This document shows positions 40,609 through 55,496 of a stretch of DNA of 64,000 bases, piece after piece. How positions within the stretch are numbered: position 1 is the stretch's first letter; each line of letters opens with the position of its first letter. The DNA is taken from NCBI GenBank assembly GCA_052327205.1, contig CM126229.1, forward strand, positions 30,814,001 to 30,878,000. The letters are read 5' to 3'. A program made the position numbers and the translations under genes. The stretch comes from Somniosus microcephalus. Its lineage: Eukaryota. The notes below the pieces were generated by a model. The model made no database searches. It was not told where the DNA came from and saw nothing but the letters and a program-made list of their open reading frames with translations.

Positions 40609-41197
40609 TTGCTGTTTGACTCTCAGCCCCTCTTTTGTCTACTCCGCTGCTTGCTTACTGTCAGTTACGAGACAGCACCTGGCCCAAACCCGCCTCAGTG
40701 GCCACAAACTACCTTGGGCAAAGGGATTTACTGACTACCCAGAGGGTTAGGAAATTTTGTAGAAATCACATGAAAGGCTGGAGAGCGTCTCTTCTGCATC
40801 TTCCAAAGATCTTCACCTTGAGGGAATTTGGCGGTTTTAATACTAAGGAATTAACCCTTCTATGTTTTTACAAGTTCACATTTCAAACCATTTATCACTG
40901 AATATTGAAAATGCAAGGCACTGTTCCACAGATGGGGCAGGTAACCCGCCCAGTAGCTTGTTATAATGTGCAGATCTACATAATAGCTTTTTTAAATTTT
41001 ACTCGTCTATTCTTTCCTCGTCTCCATTGAAGGTGATGACTTGTAATGGATTATGGTTCCATGGGCTTTGCAGAGATAAATCCCTTTGCCCAAGGTAGGT
41101 TGTGGCCACTGAGGCGGGTTTGGGCCAGGTGCTGTCTCGTAACTGACATACGCAAGCAGCGGACGAGACAAAAGAGGGGCCGAGTGTCAAACAGCAA
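40609..41197. repeat. Inverted repeat, arms of about 121 bp (40609-40730, 41077-41197), 346-nt spacer
   Basis: The arms are near-identical reverse complements; the same peptide appears in ORFs 40635+ and 41211-. Confidence 0.9.
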
Positions 41198-42332
41198 CAC
41201 CCAGTGGCCATTCTTTATGTGAACCTATACAGTGTGAATTGGCAAGCTATTTAACTGCAGGGGGCAACACAGTGAGGCTCTGTCTTGTTCCCAGGGCTTA
41301 CTAGCTAGTGATAAGGAGTAGGAACCCTGGCAGATTTTTCTCCTAACTCAGAATGTTGAGGGGGCCAATTGTATCCTGACCACCCACCACGTATGAGATC
41401 AGCTAACTGAAAAGACTGGGGATCAAAGTGTAGAGCTTTTTGGTCTGAAGGGCAGATTAACACCAGTGTTAAAATAGCGCAAGAGGGAACATGAGTGGTC
41501 GTATGAGAGCGTCGATTCTAAGTTCTATCCTATGTCGAGTTCTGCAATTTTGTTTATTTCAGCAATTCAGAAGATAACACAGAAGTATGTATGCCTGTAG
41601 ATCATTTAAAGCACTGAGACACAATTAAAATAAAAGAATGTGGTCTCTGGAAAGCCAGTTGGCACCGTACGCAAAACTGAGTTCAGTCCGAAGGGATCGA
41701 CGTGTGCATGAGGACACCAGCTCACAACTAGTTTCCCCCATTATGTCATCAGAAATCACTGGTCAAACATAAACAACTCAGCAAGTAGCTGAACCATGCA
41801 GGCCAGAAATGCCACAGTCTGTGCCGAGTTAACCGATTTCAGTCAGGGTGATGTTCGAGACATTACAATTAGCCTCTGTCGCTGGGCTAGGATGGGGAGG
41901 TTTAGCCAGGGTTCCTGCCTCTGATCACTGTCCAGTAACCCTGTGTTGAAGGTGTGCCGATATGGACATCAGGTGTGGACAGGATGACCTTCAGCAGCGA
42001 TGCCCTCACCCCAAGTAGACTGCAACCCTTGCTGCCAAGACCCACACGTGAATAATGGCCACATGGCCAAGAAAACAGAGGGGTAGATTTTGGTCTGGGC
42101 CCGAAAATGGACCGCGGCTCACCACGAATGGTCCTCGGGCCTCGTCTACATATTCGGGGCAAGCTGGCGGCAGATGTTGCAGCACCAAAGGCAGTTCGCC
42201 CCATGGGAAAAATCAATTTTGGGCCGTCTGCCTTGCCAGCAGCTGTCCGGGTATGCTCCAGGATGGGGGCTGAAGTGGGCAACAGGGGGCAGGGGGGGTG
42301 GGGTTGGAGATCACCAGGACTATGGCCACAAG

Positions 42333-42662
42333 AAATAGGAGCAGGAGTAGGCCATATGTTCCCTTGAGCCTGCACCGCCATTCAGTAAGATCACGGCTGA
42401 ACTTCTGTATCAACTCCACTTTCCCGCCCTATCCCCATATCCCGTGATTCCCTTAGTGCCCAAGAGTCTGTCGATCCTAGTCATGAATATACTCAACGAC
42501 TGAGCATCCACAGCCCTCTAGGTAGAGAATTCCAAAGATTCACAACCCTCAGTGAAGAAATGTCTCCTCATTTCAGTCCTAAATGGCCGACCATTTCATA
42601 CGTTTCAATGAGATCACCACTCATTCTTCTAAACTCCAGAGAATAGGCCCATTCTACTCAAC
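42333..42662 (-). mobile_element. CR1-type LINE 3' fragment
   Basis: aggagcaggagtaggcca...gaattccaaagattcac... Confidence 0.7.
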
Positions 42663-45600
42663 CCCAAAGGAGTTGGGGGAACACTCCTGATCCTTCTGGC
42701 TCCATAGAAAATGCTTTTATATTAAAAAAAATTAAATTAAAACTTGCCTCTAGTTGGCAGCCGCAGGAGCGCCTAAAAACGGACCCACAAATTTAGCAGT
42801 GGGACCAACGCCTGCACAGATTGGGCACAAGACAACCCACTACTGAAGCGATATGATTTCTGCCTGTTATATGCCCAATCAACAGGTGCAACACACATTA
42901 TTTCCTATCCCCAAGTGTCTGTACCTAGAAAACCTTTTCAGGAGAGAAAAAAATTGGTGAGGAAATTAAACTCGACAAATAAACAGTAAAAAAGGTGAAG
43001 AATTAGATGTTTTGTAACTTTTTTTTTTAAGTGGTCTCCAATTACTTAGAGAAGACAACACATAAGCTGGGCTGGCTGGAACGTGTTACAAGGCAACAAC
43101 ACTTTGGAGGAGGGAGGCGGACATAAACTAGTTTGAGAAGTTTCTCAAAATATCTGGATTGTAAGAGGTACATATTCCAGCCTGTGTTATTCTTTATAAC
43201 TTAAAATATAATTAAATTATGGGCTGCCGTCACCAGGATTCGAGGAAAGCGTAACGGTCAGTGGGTGCGCGAAATCTCCGCAATATGCCCTCAAATTGTG
43301 GAAAATTTACCCAACACATAATTATAGATTCTGTCAATCCAAATGTGGGTTTTGGAGAGTATTTTGAGCTGTGTAACACTAGGGTGACATGCTGGTGATT
43401 ATGGATGTTGGGGACAATTTAAGATGATGAGACTATCACAGAAGAAGCACATCACACAACGTACATTGCCTTTTTCCACATGTTAAATAGGCTCAGCAGC
43501 ACTGGGTAACATTTGGAAATGTAGGGTTTTATCTGCTGTTTTGGATGTTTGTTTTTTTGCCTCTGGCGGAGGTTGTAGCAGACAGGTTCCTGTAACTTAA
43601 AATAAAGCTGCATTGTACGATACGATTTCAAATGCACTCCTATAGCGGATTATATACTCCACACTTTTTGGGTTAACAGCCCATATGAAATACATTATAC
43701 AGCTGTAACACGCTCGAGGGGGTTCAGTCTATGTTGTAAAGCTGGAGAATGCATCGCGGTCTCGAACACAATCCCCCCAAATTTTCAAAAGACTGAACAG
43801 TTTTGAGCAGGCATTACCAATTTTTCTTTCCTACCATCACAGGAGGAACACAGTCTGGGTGTGCTCGAGCTGCTTTAGACTAATAGACGGTTAGGAAATT
43901 GATCATGGCAAATTATGGTGAAGGACGCAAATACTGTACCAGGCAACACAAGCGAACAATAAGAAAGGAAATCACATGGAACTTTTCACCCAAAGGATAA
44001 CAACACTGTTGACTAAGTTACCAGGGAAGGCCATTGCAGCAGATAACATGGAGACAGTTAGATGAGTTCTGGAGAGCAAATATCGTGAGATGGCAGGTAG
44101 ATGGGATTGAGCTCTGAAAAAATGATGGGCTTATTGGGCCCAATGGCTTTTCCCATTTCTTATGTACAGTTCTTACTATCTTATTAGGCCAAAGTTTAAT
44201 TGAACTACCCAATAGGAGAAGAGGGTTTGGCAGGATAATAATGCTCCAGTTTTAGAGTATGAGAAATGTGCATGTATACACTGCATTGAAGTATCAAATT
44301 ATTTTCAGCTATACGACAGAGTATGTGGCCACCCATTACACTTAGCAACATTTTTAAAGTGCATTGAGTACTGTTTAATAAAAATCTTGTTAAAACATTG
44401 CTTACACATGGCAACATGCTAATAGATTTGGCAAAGTTATTCACTATCTTCTCCCCCTCGCCCTTTGTAAACCTGTAATTTGACTAAAACTCCATGACAC
44501 CATACAACAAAACAAAGGATGGACTCTGGTCAACTTCCTGCACTTTTCAAATTAACATTCACTATCACGCCACATACAATGGTGTATTGGCAACAGAAAG
44601 GAAGTACTGTGTGCAATGTGAAACAGTATCCCATAAACTATTTGGCATGCTTCAAAAAGTGCCAATTAAAAGTCATTTTTCCAGATGCCCCTACAACTCA
44701 GTTAGTAAATATGGAGTGTACCGGAGCCATACAGACCAAGGTGGTCTCCGGTTCCATCGCCATTCTGAGTTGAGCTAGCTGGTCTCAGCTGGGGTAGCAG
44801 TGTGAATCCTACAACTGGCCTCAGCAATTCTGGACTAGGAGTAGGGCTTTCACTCCTAATCCCTATCTAGTGATCGCTGCTGAAAAGTCTAGTAATTGGA
44901 CATTAGGTGAGAACAGGACGAGGCTCGGCTGCAAAGCCCAGCATAGTTGAACGGCACGGCTATACTTGCTGTCTAGGCTCATAACGGAAGAGTGGCTCAA
45001 TGCCCATGGGATCTGTACCCTCCCAGGAATTTCTGCTTTCAGGAAAGCAGGGAGAAAAATGGACTGGTAAGAGAATAAGAGCTCAAAATAAATGTAGGGT
45101 GTCAAACAGCCGGAAATCCAGTCGCTAACAGAAGCTGTGGCTCTTGAGACAGGTTACAAAGCTGAACATTTTTTATTTTAAACAATATAGTCCGCTCCAC
45201 TCCTGAAGATTCCATGGGTCCTGGCCGCCTTTCAGTATTTGCCCAAGTGCCCACTGCTTTTGTTATCCTTGAAAGTGAGTGTCAGAAGACTGGTCAGCCC
45301 AATCGTCCCTTCATCTGACATCCGTATACATCCACCTTTAGCATTGATCAGGAACGGGGACCCTCGCCGAGTAAAATAACTTACTTTATGAACAAACTGT
45401 ATTCAGGTGGCCGAAAGAAGACTGTGAAATGCTCAGTGAGACGGTGCACTCACCTGGTGTCACCATTACTGCATCAGTGAGTACATTCAGCATGCCTAAA
45501 AGATGTGGTCGGCTGTTCGGATAGTTAACCGTTTCAAAATAGCTGCCAGCAAACACAACCCAGACCATTTAACCCAGTTTCACTTAACCACTCCTTCCAA

Positions 45601-45963
45601 CAATGCTCCATTTCCAAACAGTATTTTCAACATTTTATCCCCAAATTACAATTTATATTCAGCATTTTATGGTTAGATGACCAGAAACGGACTTTCTCCA
45701 CCCCCTCATTTTAGCTGCCAGTCAATAATAACTGAAAAGGGATGCTGAGAAGACAAAGAACTTATACTTCAAATGACTGAGATTTCAGATTGGGAGACTG
45801 TAATACAAATAGTTTGGGGGGGGGGGGGTGGTAGAAATTTGGATCGCCAAGGATCTGCTGTCTGATTCAAAGTTCGCAACAGCATGCTCCTGTGCCTTTC
45901 TTTTTTTCAATCCAGCTGTACACTCCCTGGAACAATTCCTTCGTTCCGATTTTATTTTCTTAC

Positions 45964-46007
45964 CTTTTCTTGTATCCCAGTGCCTTCCCTACAGCCTGTA
46001 GGACCAT
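45964..46007 (-). CDS. MOB2: MOB2 alternative first coding exon (MVLQAVGKALGYKKR)
   Basis: aggATGG Kozak context; AAAAG|gtaaga donor; phase 2; resembles the MVLQAV.. N-terminus of a known MOB2 isoform. Confidence 0.85.
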
Positions 46008-46819
46008 CCTGCACTGCTCCAGGGCCCCCCCTGTTATTTCACTCAACCGCCAGATTGCAGGAAATTGACACAAACAAAAAACCCACCCTGCACAATAGGC
46101 TTGTGCAAAGTGTCTCCCCCTCTGCAACACAGCAAGCCAAAGCCACTCTGCAAACTAGTTTGACTGCATTTGATGTGCTATAGGACTGGCTCCCCGGGCT
46201 CACTCCAAAGACAGCCAATCGGAACGCAGGCTGTTGCTGCTGCCACGACAACACAAAGACCTTAGGGAGCGTCTGCAAAGTAGTTGAACCCAACACAAAG
46301 GAGTCATCCTAGTCTCCTCAGGGACTCTGGGCAAAGAAAGTGAACCAATACAATGCTATTAATTGTGTCACTGAGACACACTCCTCTCTCAGGTTATAAG
46401 ATCTAGTGTTGCCAACTGACTTATTTGATACATTGGTACCAATACATGATGAGGACAAAATAAACTGCACTTAAACCAATATACTTTAATGTTGCACTAT
46501 GTATACACTTGTGTTTTATTCTTAATTCATCTGCTCAAATTGCTCACACCACCAGGAAGAGCAATAGATTTCTCCCACCAGTACTTTATCCTATACAACC
46601 CAAAATAAGCTCCAGTTTGGCACCAGTGGGTGTTAACACACCTACACCATGGCTGTGTGGACATTTAACATGCCTCACTGAAACTCTAGTGACAAGGCTA
46701 AAACCAGAACTTCTCAAAATCTGCAAGAACCATTATTTTGGAGCATAAATAATGATCTACCGTGAGTCAACAAGAACTCTTCACTGTGCTGCAGGATTTC
46801 TCCTCAAAAGCGAGGCAGC

Positions 46820-47265
46820 CAACCCCCAGGGGTCACTCTTACAAGTTATGCAAGGGCAGAACTACGTTAGGTGTTAGGAGGTTCTTCTTTTCCCCCAGAA
46901 TAGTTGGCCTGTGGAACAGGTTGCTGGTTCATGCAGTGAACGCTGACTTGCTGAATTCCTTCAAGCAAGAGCTGGACCAGTTTCTGACCTGAGTGGAGAT
47001 CAACACATACAAGAGGTAGGTAACGTTAATCAGGGCCAGGGTGGTATCTTGGACTACTTTCAATCGCTTAAAGGGGTTGGAGAGGAATTTGCCAACTTTT
47101 TTCTCCCTAATTGGCCTGAGTTTTTAATCGGTTTTTCTTTTAGCTTTCCCAGGTGATTATGGATGGGGTGGGGTGTGTATGTATTGTGATGCACTGGGCA
47201 CCACAACTGTATGGGCCAGGCTGGATGGACCAGTAAGTCTTTTCTTGTCTGTAATTTTTCATATG
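46820..47265 (+). mobile_element. CR1-type LINE 3' fragment
   Basis: RGHSYKL...RRFFFSPRIVGLWNRL peptide plus 3' UTR. Confidence 0.72.
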
Positions 47266-47634
47266 TGAATATGCTGTACAACATGAGACAACTTGTGCAC
47301 AGCCCTTGTACATCTGCTGGGGATTCAATACGTCCAGTCTCCTTCTCCAGTGAGAGAAGGCAAGGAAATGCCAGTAAGAGGCGGGGCTTTGCAAAAATTC
47401 ACAAACAAAAAGGAAAGTATCTCTGCGCTATGGCATAATTGAATCCAAAAGCTCACTGTACATGTTGGAGCATTGCCGAGAGTCACCTCAAGGAAGTCAC
47501 TGCTAATTGTGGCTCTCTACAAAAGTGAGTGACAGCAGTTTAGATAGATAAAACACTCAGGTAATCATTTAGTCAGTTGCTATATCCTTGCTTGTGGCCA
47601 CCATGATGACTAAGGAAGAGTAGGGAGAGAGAAA

Positions 47635-48480
47635 GGGGGTTCTGTTCACTGTGTTTATCAATGATTTGGATATAGGCCTAGAGGGAGCAGTGTCGACATT
47701 TGCAGAGGATACCAAAATAGGAGGTATAGTTCATTCTTTAGAGGATCAAAGGAAGCGGCAAAGGGTTATCGATAAGATGGGGAATGGGCTAAAACATGTG
47801 GCAGCTGGAATTCAATGCTGGTAAACGTGAGGTGATGCATTTTGCTAAAAAGAAAACAGCAGTAATTATACTCTTAACAGAAGTAGGCTTGGTGCTGTAG
47901 AAGAGCAGAGGGATGTAGAGATACGGGTTTACAGGACAGTAAAAGTAGCAAGGCTGTAAAAAAAAAGCTAATGGAATTCAAGGCCTCATCACAGGAGGGA
48001 TAGAACATAAAAGCCAAAAGGTAATGATCAGCCTATATAAAACCTGAAGACCTGTCAAAGGACTGTGTGTAGTATTGGACTCCACACTTATAGTAAGAAT
48101 ATTGAGACTTTATAGAGGGTACAACAGAGATTCACTAGGATCCCGCCTGATGAGGAAATACAAATACAAAGAAAGACTTGAAAAATTGGGGCTTATTGTG
48201 CTAGAATAATGGGGTGATTTGAAAGAAGTATTTAAAAATAAACAAAGTATAGATAGAAGTAGACTGTTTCCAGTAGTTGAACAGCCATAAATTCAAGATT
48301 AAATGCAAGAAATTTAGCACAGTGGGCTGGAGAGTTTTTTTTTTACACAAGAGTGTTGAGAGAAATAGTGGGATTTGCGGGTGAGGCAGAAACTTTGAAG
48401 ATTAGATTGGATAGGTGGTTGAAGGGATATGGAAACAGGGTGATTCGAACAATTTGCTCATAGGAGGATAAATGCCGACA
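47635..48480 (+). mobile_element. Decayed CR1 reverse transcriptase / ORF2 fragment
   Basis: Translates as LFTVFINDLDIGLEGAVSTFAEDTKIGG (FADD-like motif decayed), then frameshifted. Confidence 0.78.
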
Positions 48481-51400
48481 TGCTGCAGCTTCCCTGCATG
48501 TAGAACAGATGCGGTGCAGGTAGCACCAATGCCTTTTATTTTCTAAGGAACTGTTAACTTATTTTTCTTAGATTCCATGGCTATCTAACAAGTCTTTGCT
48601 GCTGCTCAGAATTTTGTTAAAAAACAGAATGCCCTGATCTTCATTACATAGTTAATCTTTGATGGCCCAGACAAAACAAACAATTTTGCACGCGACTTCA
48701 TCCTCGATTACAGACTTCAAACCGAACAACGATTGCACAAACTCTGAGCATGTCAGGGCTTCACACAAACATGCCACCAGACAAAGAAAATATGTGGGAG
48801 CCCCTGAAGTGCTTGGACATTTAAAAAAATTATTTGAAGGACATTGATTGTAAGATAGAAATTTAAAAAAAAAACTGCATCAAAACACAAAGAGGCACAG
48901 CACCTTTGGCAGGATCTGCCACGGAGAGCCATTCAAAACCAGATACAAGACTATTTATTTGCTATTTATTTGCTATTTTAAACAACTAACGTTAATTAAT
49001 TCTCATCTCAGATCACCTCTGCTGTTTCCAAGTCAGGCCCCAGCATAGAGCTTTTCCCTCCTCTTCAATGATAACAGCCTCATTCCAGACAAGTGTACAT
49101 TTATGTTGTTGCAGGAGTCTGCCAATTTAGGGAGCATCGCCAAACGGCAACCTCGCTGCACTTTGTGCAGGGAGATCAGATGTGGGAAAGCCGAGACCAG
49201 GCAATTGGGCTTTAATCCCAAATTAAATTCCTTCCGAACGTTGAAAACAACACACAAGATTGTGACAGGGATCTTTTTAAATCTGATTTTTCATTTACTT
49301 GACCCTGCTATTCAAAGCACTATTTTCAACTTCTCCTTGACCCACATCTCAAAGCATAGGCAAGAACCCATGTTTTAGCACTCCGTGGCCCAATGCTCTG
49401 GCCAAAGTAACCCATCAAGCTATAATGCTTCCCATGTGACTTTTATTCTAACAGCAAGATTTCCGCGATGGTATCATCAGCGATTTTCAATATAGAAAAG
49501 GCAAAAACTAAAAGGATTCCAAAATTAACCATTATTCTTTGTAGCTTTTTTTTTAAAAATAGTATCGTGGGGAGGTTGTGCCTTTAGAATCCAGCTTTGT
49601 TGCGAACATGGGTCCGAGAAATTAGCTTAACCACCTTAGGGAATATCTCCAACTACAACAGCTGATATTAGGAGCATTTCTTTTTCTTCCGAATTTCACC
49701 CTTTCCTCTGCTGAAGGTGCTAACCCTTGCTGGGGTGGAGCAGTTCAGTGCCCTGGTACTTCATCCAAGTGGCCATTTTTTGATGCAAGTCTTGACAGTA
49801 AGTTTAAGGAGGCTAGTTGAATATGGAAGACATCACAGCCAAGCCCAACTCGTTGTCAGTCGACCTCCACACATGCCGCTTCTGACGGGAGTCATTTGGG
49901 TAAAGCTGATGAGCAGGGATGTTTTCCCCCTTCCCAGCCCAGAGGTGCGGAGATTGATTGTAGCTTCTGCCCTAGCTGTGCCCTGCTAATTAAGGAGATA
50001 TACTTGAAGCATCTCTACATGTCTGACATGGCAATAACCAAGCACAGTATTATTGCAAGTAAAGAAGCAATACATCGATGCACAGGGGCACAGCATTATC
50101 AGGAGTAAAGGAAGACACACCATTCAGTTTGTGTACAAGGGCAGTGTTATCAGGATTAATGGATAACATTGGCTGCAAAACTCCTTTAAATTTGAAATGT
50201 TGGGGTGGAAGGGGTAGAAAATAATTAATGCTGGTATCCACGTACTAAAAATCTCAATAAACGAACATTAGCTCCTCAGAGTTAACTCACTGTATATGTT
50301 TATAAACCGACTGTAGCTTGCATAAAGTGTTTTCCTATGGGCACTGTGGTGGAACTCCAATGCAGTTCCCCACAGACTGGTAAGACATTAGCAGACACCC
50401 TTCCCCAAATCTTCCCAGGTGAATTCTCAGTCTCAGCTGTGTCACGAGGAGAGCCACCAGATGCTGGCTCCATCAGCAACGCAATTACACTGGGAGTGTG
50501 CTAGGTGGCTTTTGCACAGGGAAAGCACATGAGTGATTTTGAGCCAGATTCATAATGTCCTAGTGGTTAGTTACATGGATTGGCACAAGCTGCCTGACAG
50601 CTCAGCTGGAGACGGACATGTGGCACTAGAGACCTAAAAAGAGGGAGAGATATCACCTGAAAATTTAAAATATTCTAATACCTTCTTTCCAGCCCAAACT
50701 TTGGTGTTCAATCCTATCTAATCCACATATATCAAATATTCCCCAACATTTTTCCAAAGGGTACAGGTTAGTTTTTGCAGATGTAACCTGCTGTATAACC
50801 TGTCAAGAGAGTGTATTTTACAGACATATACAAAAGGTGCGGGTGACATCATGCTGTAATTACATTACTAATGGAGGCAGATCTGACCCAGGCCATTATA
50901 TGACAATAAATCACAGAGCTGACCAGACCTGAGCCACTCACTGCTCATCTAACTCGAACGTTCAATGTGGTTTAAGCAGGTTAGAAGATACAGTAACAGC
51001 GCCATAAAAGAACGCTTGATCAGAAAACTGCTATTCATTCTGTTGAAGGCCAACATTAAGAGCAGCATACTGTAATAACAAAGGTGAGTATTGTGCAAGA
51101 AAAATGGCCCAATACCCTTTGTAAAAAGAAATACTTGCAGAAGCTGGAAATCTGAAATAAAAGAAAGAATTGCTAGAAATTCACAGCAGGTGGAAGGTTA
51201 ACGTTTTGGATGTAGATCCTGTACCAGAATACACAACATTCTGACAAGAGTCTCCACCTGAAACATAAAGCTGCCTTTTCTTTTTTCAGTCACTGACAGA
51301 CCTGCTGTGTATTTCCAGCATGGTTTCTTTGAGGTTCTTGATGAATTATTTTTCTGTTACAGGAGGATGTCACTGGGGATGGGGTGGAAAAGAGGCAGTT

Positions 51401-54400
51401 GACAGCAAGAACTTACAGTACATCACATTGTTCTTGATAGATTCAGAACATTAACCTGTTTAGTAATCCATGCTGCTGGGTCACCTCTACACATTATTTA
51501 GTCATTGTATATCCAGGTAGGAGGCAGATTACTGTAAATGCGTAAACCAGATGTGTAAACGTTGTTCAACCTCAGGAGCTGGAAATTATCCATCCAGGTA
51601 CAACGAGAACGGAACACATGATGCACCGTCTTCAGTAGGCAGTGGCTCTGCTGATGATGTTCCCTCCTTCCCTCTCGGTGGGAAAGCACAGCCTAAACCT
51701 CTATTCTCCTTCCGACCCCAGACAAAGAAAGCTAACATTGAAATGGAGAGACAGAATCATGAACCTGATCCTATTTTTCTATGCCACTTCTTTGATAGAA
51801 CAGTTTTAATGACAGGATACACCACAAGCAAACACTTTCACCGTAAGGAGATTGCTGCATGAATAATAGATTATATTAAAAGAAAGCAAAGAGGAATCGA
51901 CAGCTCCCCCAATGGCCTAGTGGTTAAAGACACTCCCTATGTAGCATCGAATCTCACAGGACAAAGACGCCATATTTGATTCTGCTCTGTGCTGAGTTAA
52001 GGGCCATATAACATTTGCGAAGGGGCTTTGGTGGAGCAGCATTCAGAGACCTGTCATTTTTTGCACTGTTACTTTACCCAACACTACCACAGTGTGGGGC
52101 ACAGGGTGTCAGTAGAGCTTGGCAAAGACCAGAGCAACAGGGGTAAAGCCTCTATGTGGCTGATAACTGGCTATGGCTTTCTGGATAAGTTGCAGTTTGT
52201 TGGGCGTGGAGGGACGAGGTCGGCAAGGAAAGCATTGGACAAATCGAGTTGAATAGTTGAAAGCCAGAGACTCACAATTCCTATCACTAAAAGTGAGAGA
52301 TCCAGCTCCACACTTTTACTTTTAAACAGAGGACCAGCAGAAGTTTGTAATACCCAGGAAAAACCAGGTGACCGCTGCTATGGGAACAATAAAGTGATAT
52401 TTATTTCCGATTCAGCCGATGGCCAAAGAGCAGCACATTTACATCAGCTGCACTCTTCCAACCTGCTTTAGCTGAGCTGAACTGAACAGCAGCTGGGATG
52501 TTACAAATTGAATCATTTATGGACAGATCGCTGGGTAAAGAGCAAGATGGGAATTTTCTTTTGGAAGATGTCCGCGGGGAAGGGTGAAAGGGTGGAGACA
52601 CCGCGAAAGCTGCAGAAAAAAAACTGTGCTGTAAACTAAAAAAAGAAAATGATGTCATTGAAACAAACTGCAAAGCAACAAGCCTGAGCAGGCCCCATCA
52701 TTTCCAAATAAAGCCCAGGTATTAACCCTATGAATGCTGCATTAACAAAAAAAACACGTTTTCAAAAAAACATTTATTCAAAGACTACTACAAAATAAGA
52801 CTTTTTCTGTGCGTTTTTCTAACTTTAGCTCAGAGGTCTGCAGATAATCTGGTTACGGATTTTCTGCAGAAGGCAGGAGGCACAGATTACAGAAACTAAA
52901 GTGTTAAAATTAGGAATGGATTGTTGGTGGCTACACCTTTGCTAAATGTTACCTGGACTCCTCATTAAGCAAAAACTATTTTTAAGACCCAACAGTCAAA
53001 ACTTCTCTCAAACAATTCAACTTTTAATAGGGAATATATAATCTTATGACAATTTTCTGTCCCCCACCTCCCAAAAATATTGATTCTTGCTGAGGTAGTT
53101 TCTTGGGTGCTGTCAGCCCACTGGTACCAGTCTCCAGTGGTCATCTTTCACATGCCAATCTAGATGGTGTCAAACAGTAGGCCATTTGATGATGGGGTGG
53201 GTGGGATCACAGCCAAGCCCAACCCTGTATCCAGCCAACATCTACACACATGTATGTACATTCCAGCAGGGTCACTTGACAACAATGAGCTGGTTTCTCC
53301 CTTCCCAGGCCAGGTTACTGAGGACACCTGTAGCTCGCCAACTGTTGGCCCTGCAGAGATCAGCTAACCCAGTATCGATCATGGATCCAACCTGGGACCT
53401 TCTGACCTTCGGGGCAACACCTTTATCCATTAGGCCATTGGGAAAGCTCATGAATTTTTCTTCACTCAAATTTCCAGACCGCATATCATTCACTAGTTAG
53501 AGGACACATAGGTGACCTGCCTTTTTGAGATGACTGGTAGGAGATGCAAATCAACCAACCAGGCCAGTTCATCCTTTGAATATGTCTCTGGGGGCAAGAG
53601 GGGGGGAGTAAAAGAACCCAGCTCAGCACCATCTCACAACTGAGATCAGCAACTCACAAGCACACACCCATGGCACAGTACATTGGAGCATTACACGACA
53701 TCCTTCAGCCACCAGGTTTTTTTTTTTGAAGCACTCTGTCCTTTTAAATCTGGGACCTGGATCCAAATCCAATCCACCCTAATGGTAGCTTATACAGGTC
53801 CTGGCCAACATTCCTCCCTCACCCAATATCAAGTCAAATAATTGGCCATTTATTTCATTGCTGTTTGTGTGATTTTGCTGTGTGCAAAGTGACTGCTGCA
53901 TTTTGCCTACATACCCAGTCCACTTCAAAGTACTTCACTGTCTGTGAAGTGCTTGAAATGTTTACAAGAGATGTGTTAAGACTATATAAATACAAGTCTT
54001 TCTTTTATATGGAAATTAGTTTGGTCAGACTCAACTCAAATTCTAATGGGCATGGACCCACGGCACAAAACTGTCTCCAATTTCACACAAACGAGCAATC
54101 TCATTCAGAAAGGTTAGAACATTGGTTGGTGCTGGTGTTTACATATAATGTACAGCACAGAAACAGGCCATTCGGCCCAGCTGGTCTGTGCCGGTGTTTA
54201 TGCTCCACACGAGCCTCCTCCCACCCTACTTTATCTCACCCTATCAGCTTGAAAGAATGCCTTGTGGGGAATATTCAATATGGCGGCCCCTGCAGATTCT
54301 GCAGCCGTCTTACAAACCCCTTAAACAGTTTCAAAGCTGTGCTTAATCCTGGGGTATGGGTACTGTGCCAGCAATATTTGACATGACAAGTTTCTCAGGT

Positions 54401-55496
54401 TCACTCCTCCCCAGAAATGTTACAGCACAATAGAAGTATGCTCTTCTGAATTGGGGACTGAAGTACATTGGTGTTGTAGGGCTTTACCCTGCATCTAACC
54501 TGTGCTGTACTTGAACTAAGTGTGCATGCATTGAACATTGGGTGTCTGAAATGGAGAGTGTTCTATTCCCTAGTCGCAACACCCCTCACAATAATGAGCA
54601 TAAAAATCAACAAAAATGTTGTAGAATAGTTTCGGTCTTTTTATTCCACTAATGCCTAATGAAGCTAGAGGTGACTGAGGTCACCATCATCTGACTAGTG
54701 TGTATATGATGCATTATACTTGAGCGCATGATTCATTCTGGGTAATTCAAAGGTTTGTTTCTGGTTTGTTAGTAATGTGTTGAGGGAATTGTACGATACA
54801 CATCACAAAGCAAGATTCAGCCAGTTGATGGTTAATGCCACAGATCAGTATATTCCAAGTAAAATCCAATTCAAAATCAGAAGCTCAAGATACATACTGT
54901 ACCAGGAAGACCCCCGGGTTCAGTCTGTGGATCCTGCTGCATAAACTGATCAAGCCAGGGTGCTATAATATGCCCAGTACTCCTCGGCTAAGACAAGTTC
55001 AAATCAGCCCGAGTTCCTACTCCTATTCTCTGCCCAGTGAACCATGCTAGACCATTATGTAGTTGCCTGTTGAGGGCAGCATTAGACTTGCATGTGATGC
55101 CCTTCACAATTAAATAGCTGATTTACAAACTGCTTCAGTGGTCATGTGATAAATGGGCACTTAACTGAGATATTGGAGGGCAAACAATCTAAATTTTCTT
55201 CCCGTTAGGGGGAGACTCGCTGCTTTCAATACATTTCCTTTTCCAGAGTCCTCATGTCACCCACCATTTGTGGCCAGGACATCAGACAGGCCACTTTCCT
55301 TCAGGCTTCTTCCAATGACACACTGAAATAAGCCACTGGATGGAAAAAGAGGACTCCTTGCAATTTTTCTTCCGACACCAACCAATGAGGTGCATGTGTT
55401 CATAGATGCAGTCCCCTCCAACGGGCATCCGTAACAAGTATGGATAAAGCTTATGAGGGACAACTGCAAGTAAGTCCAAGTAACACATAACTCCCT

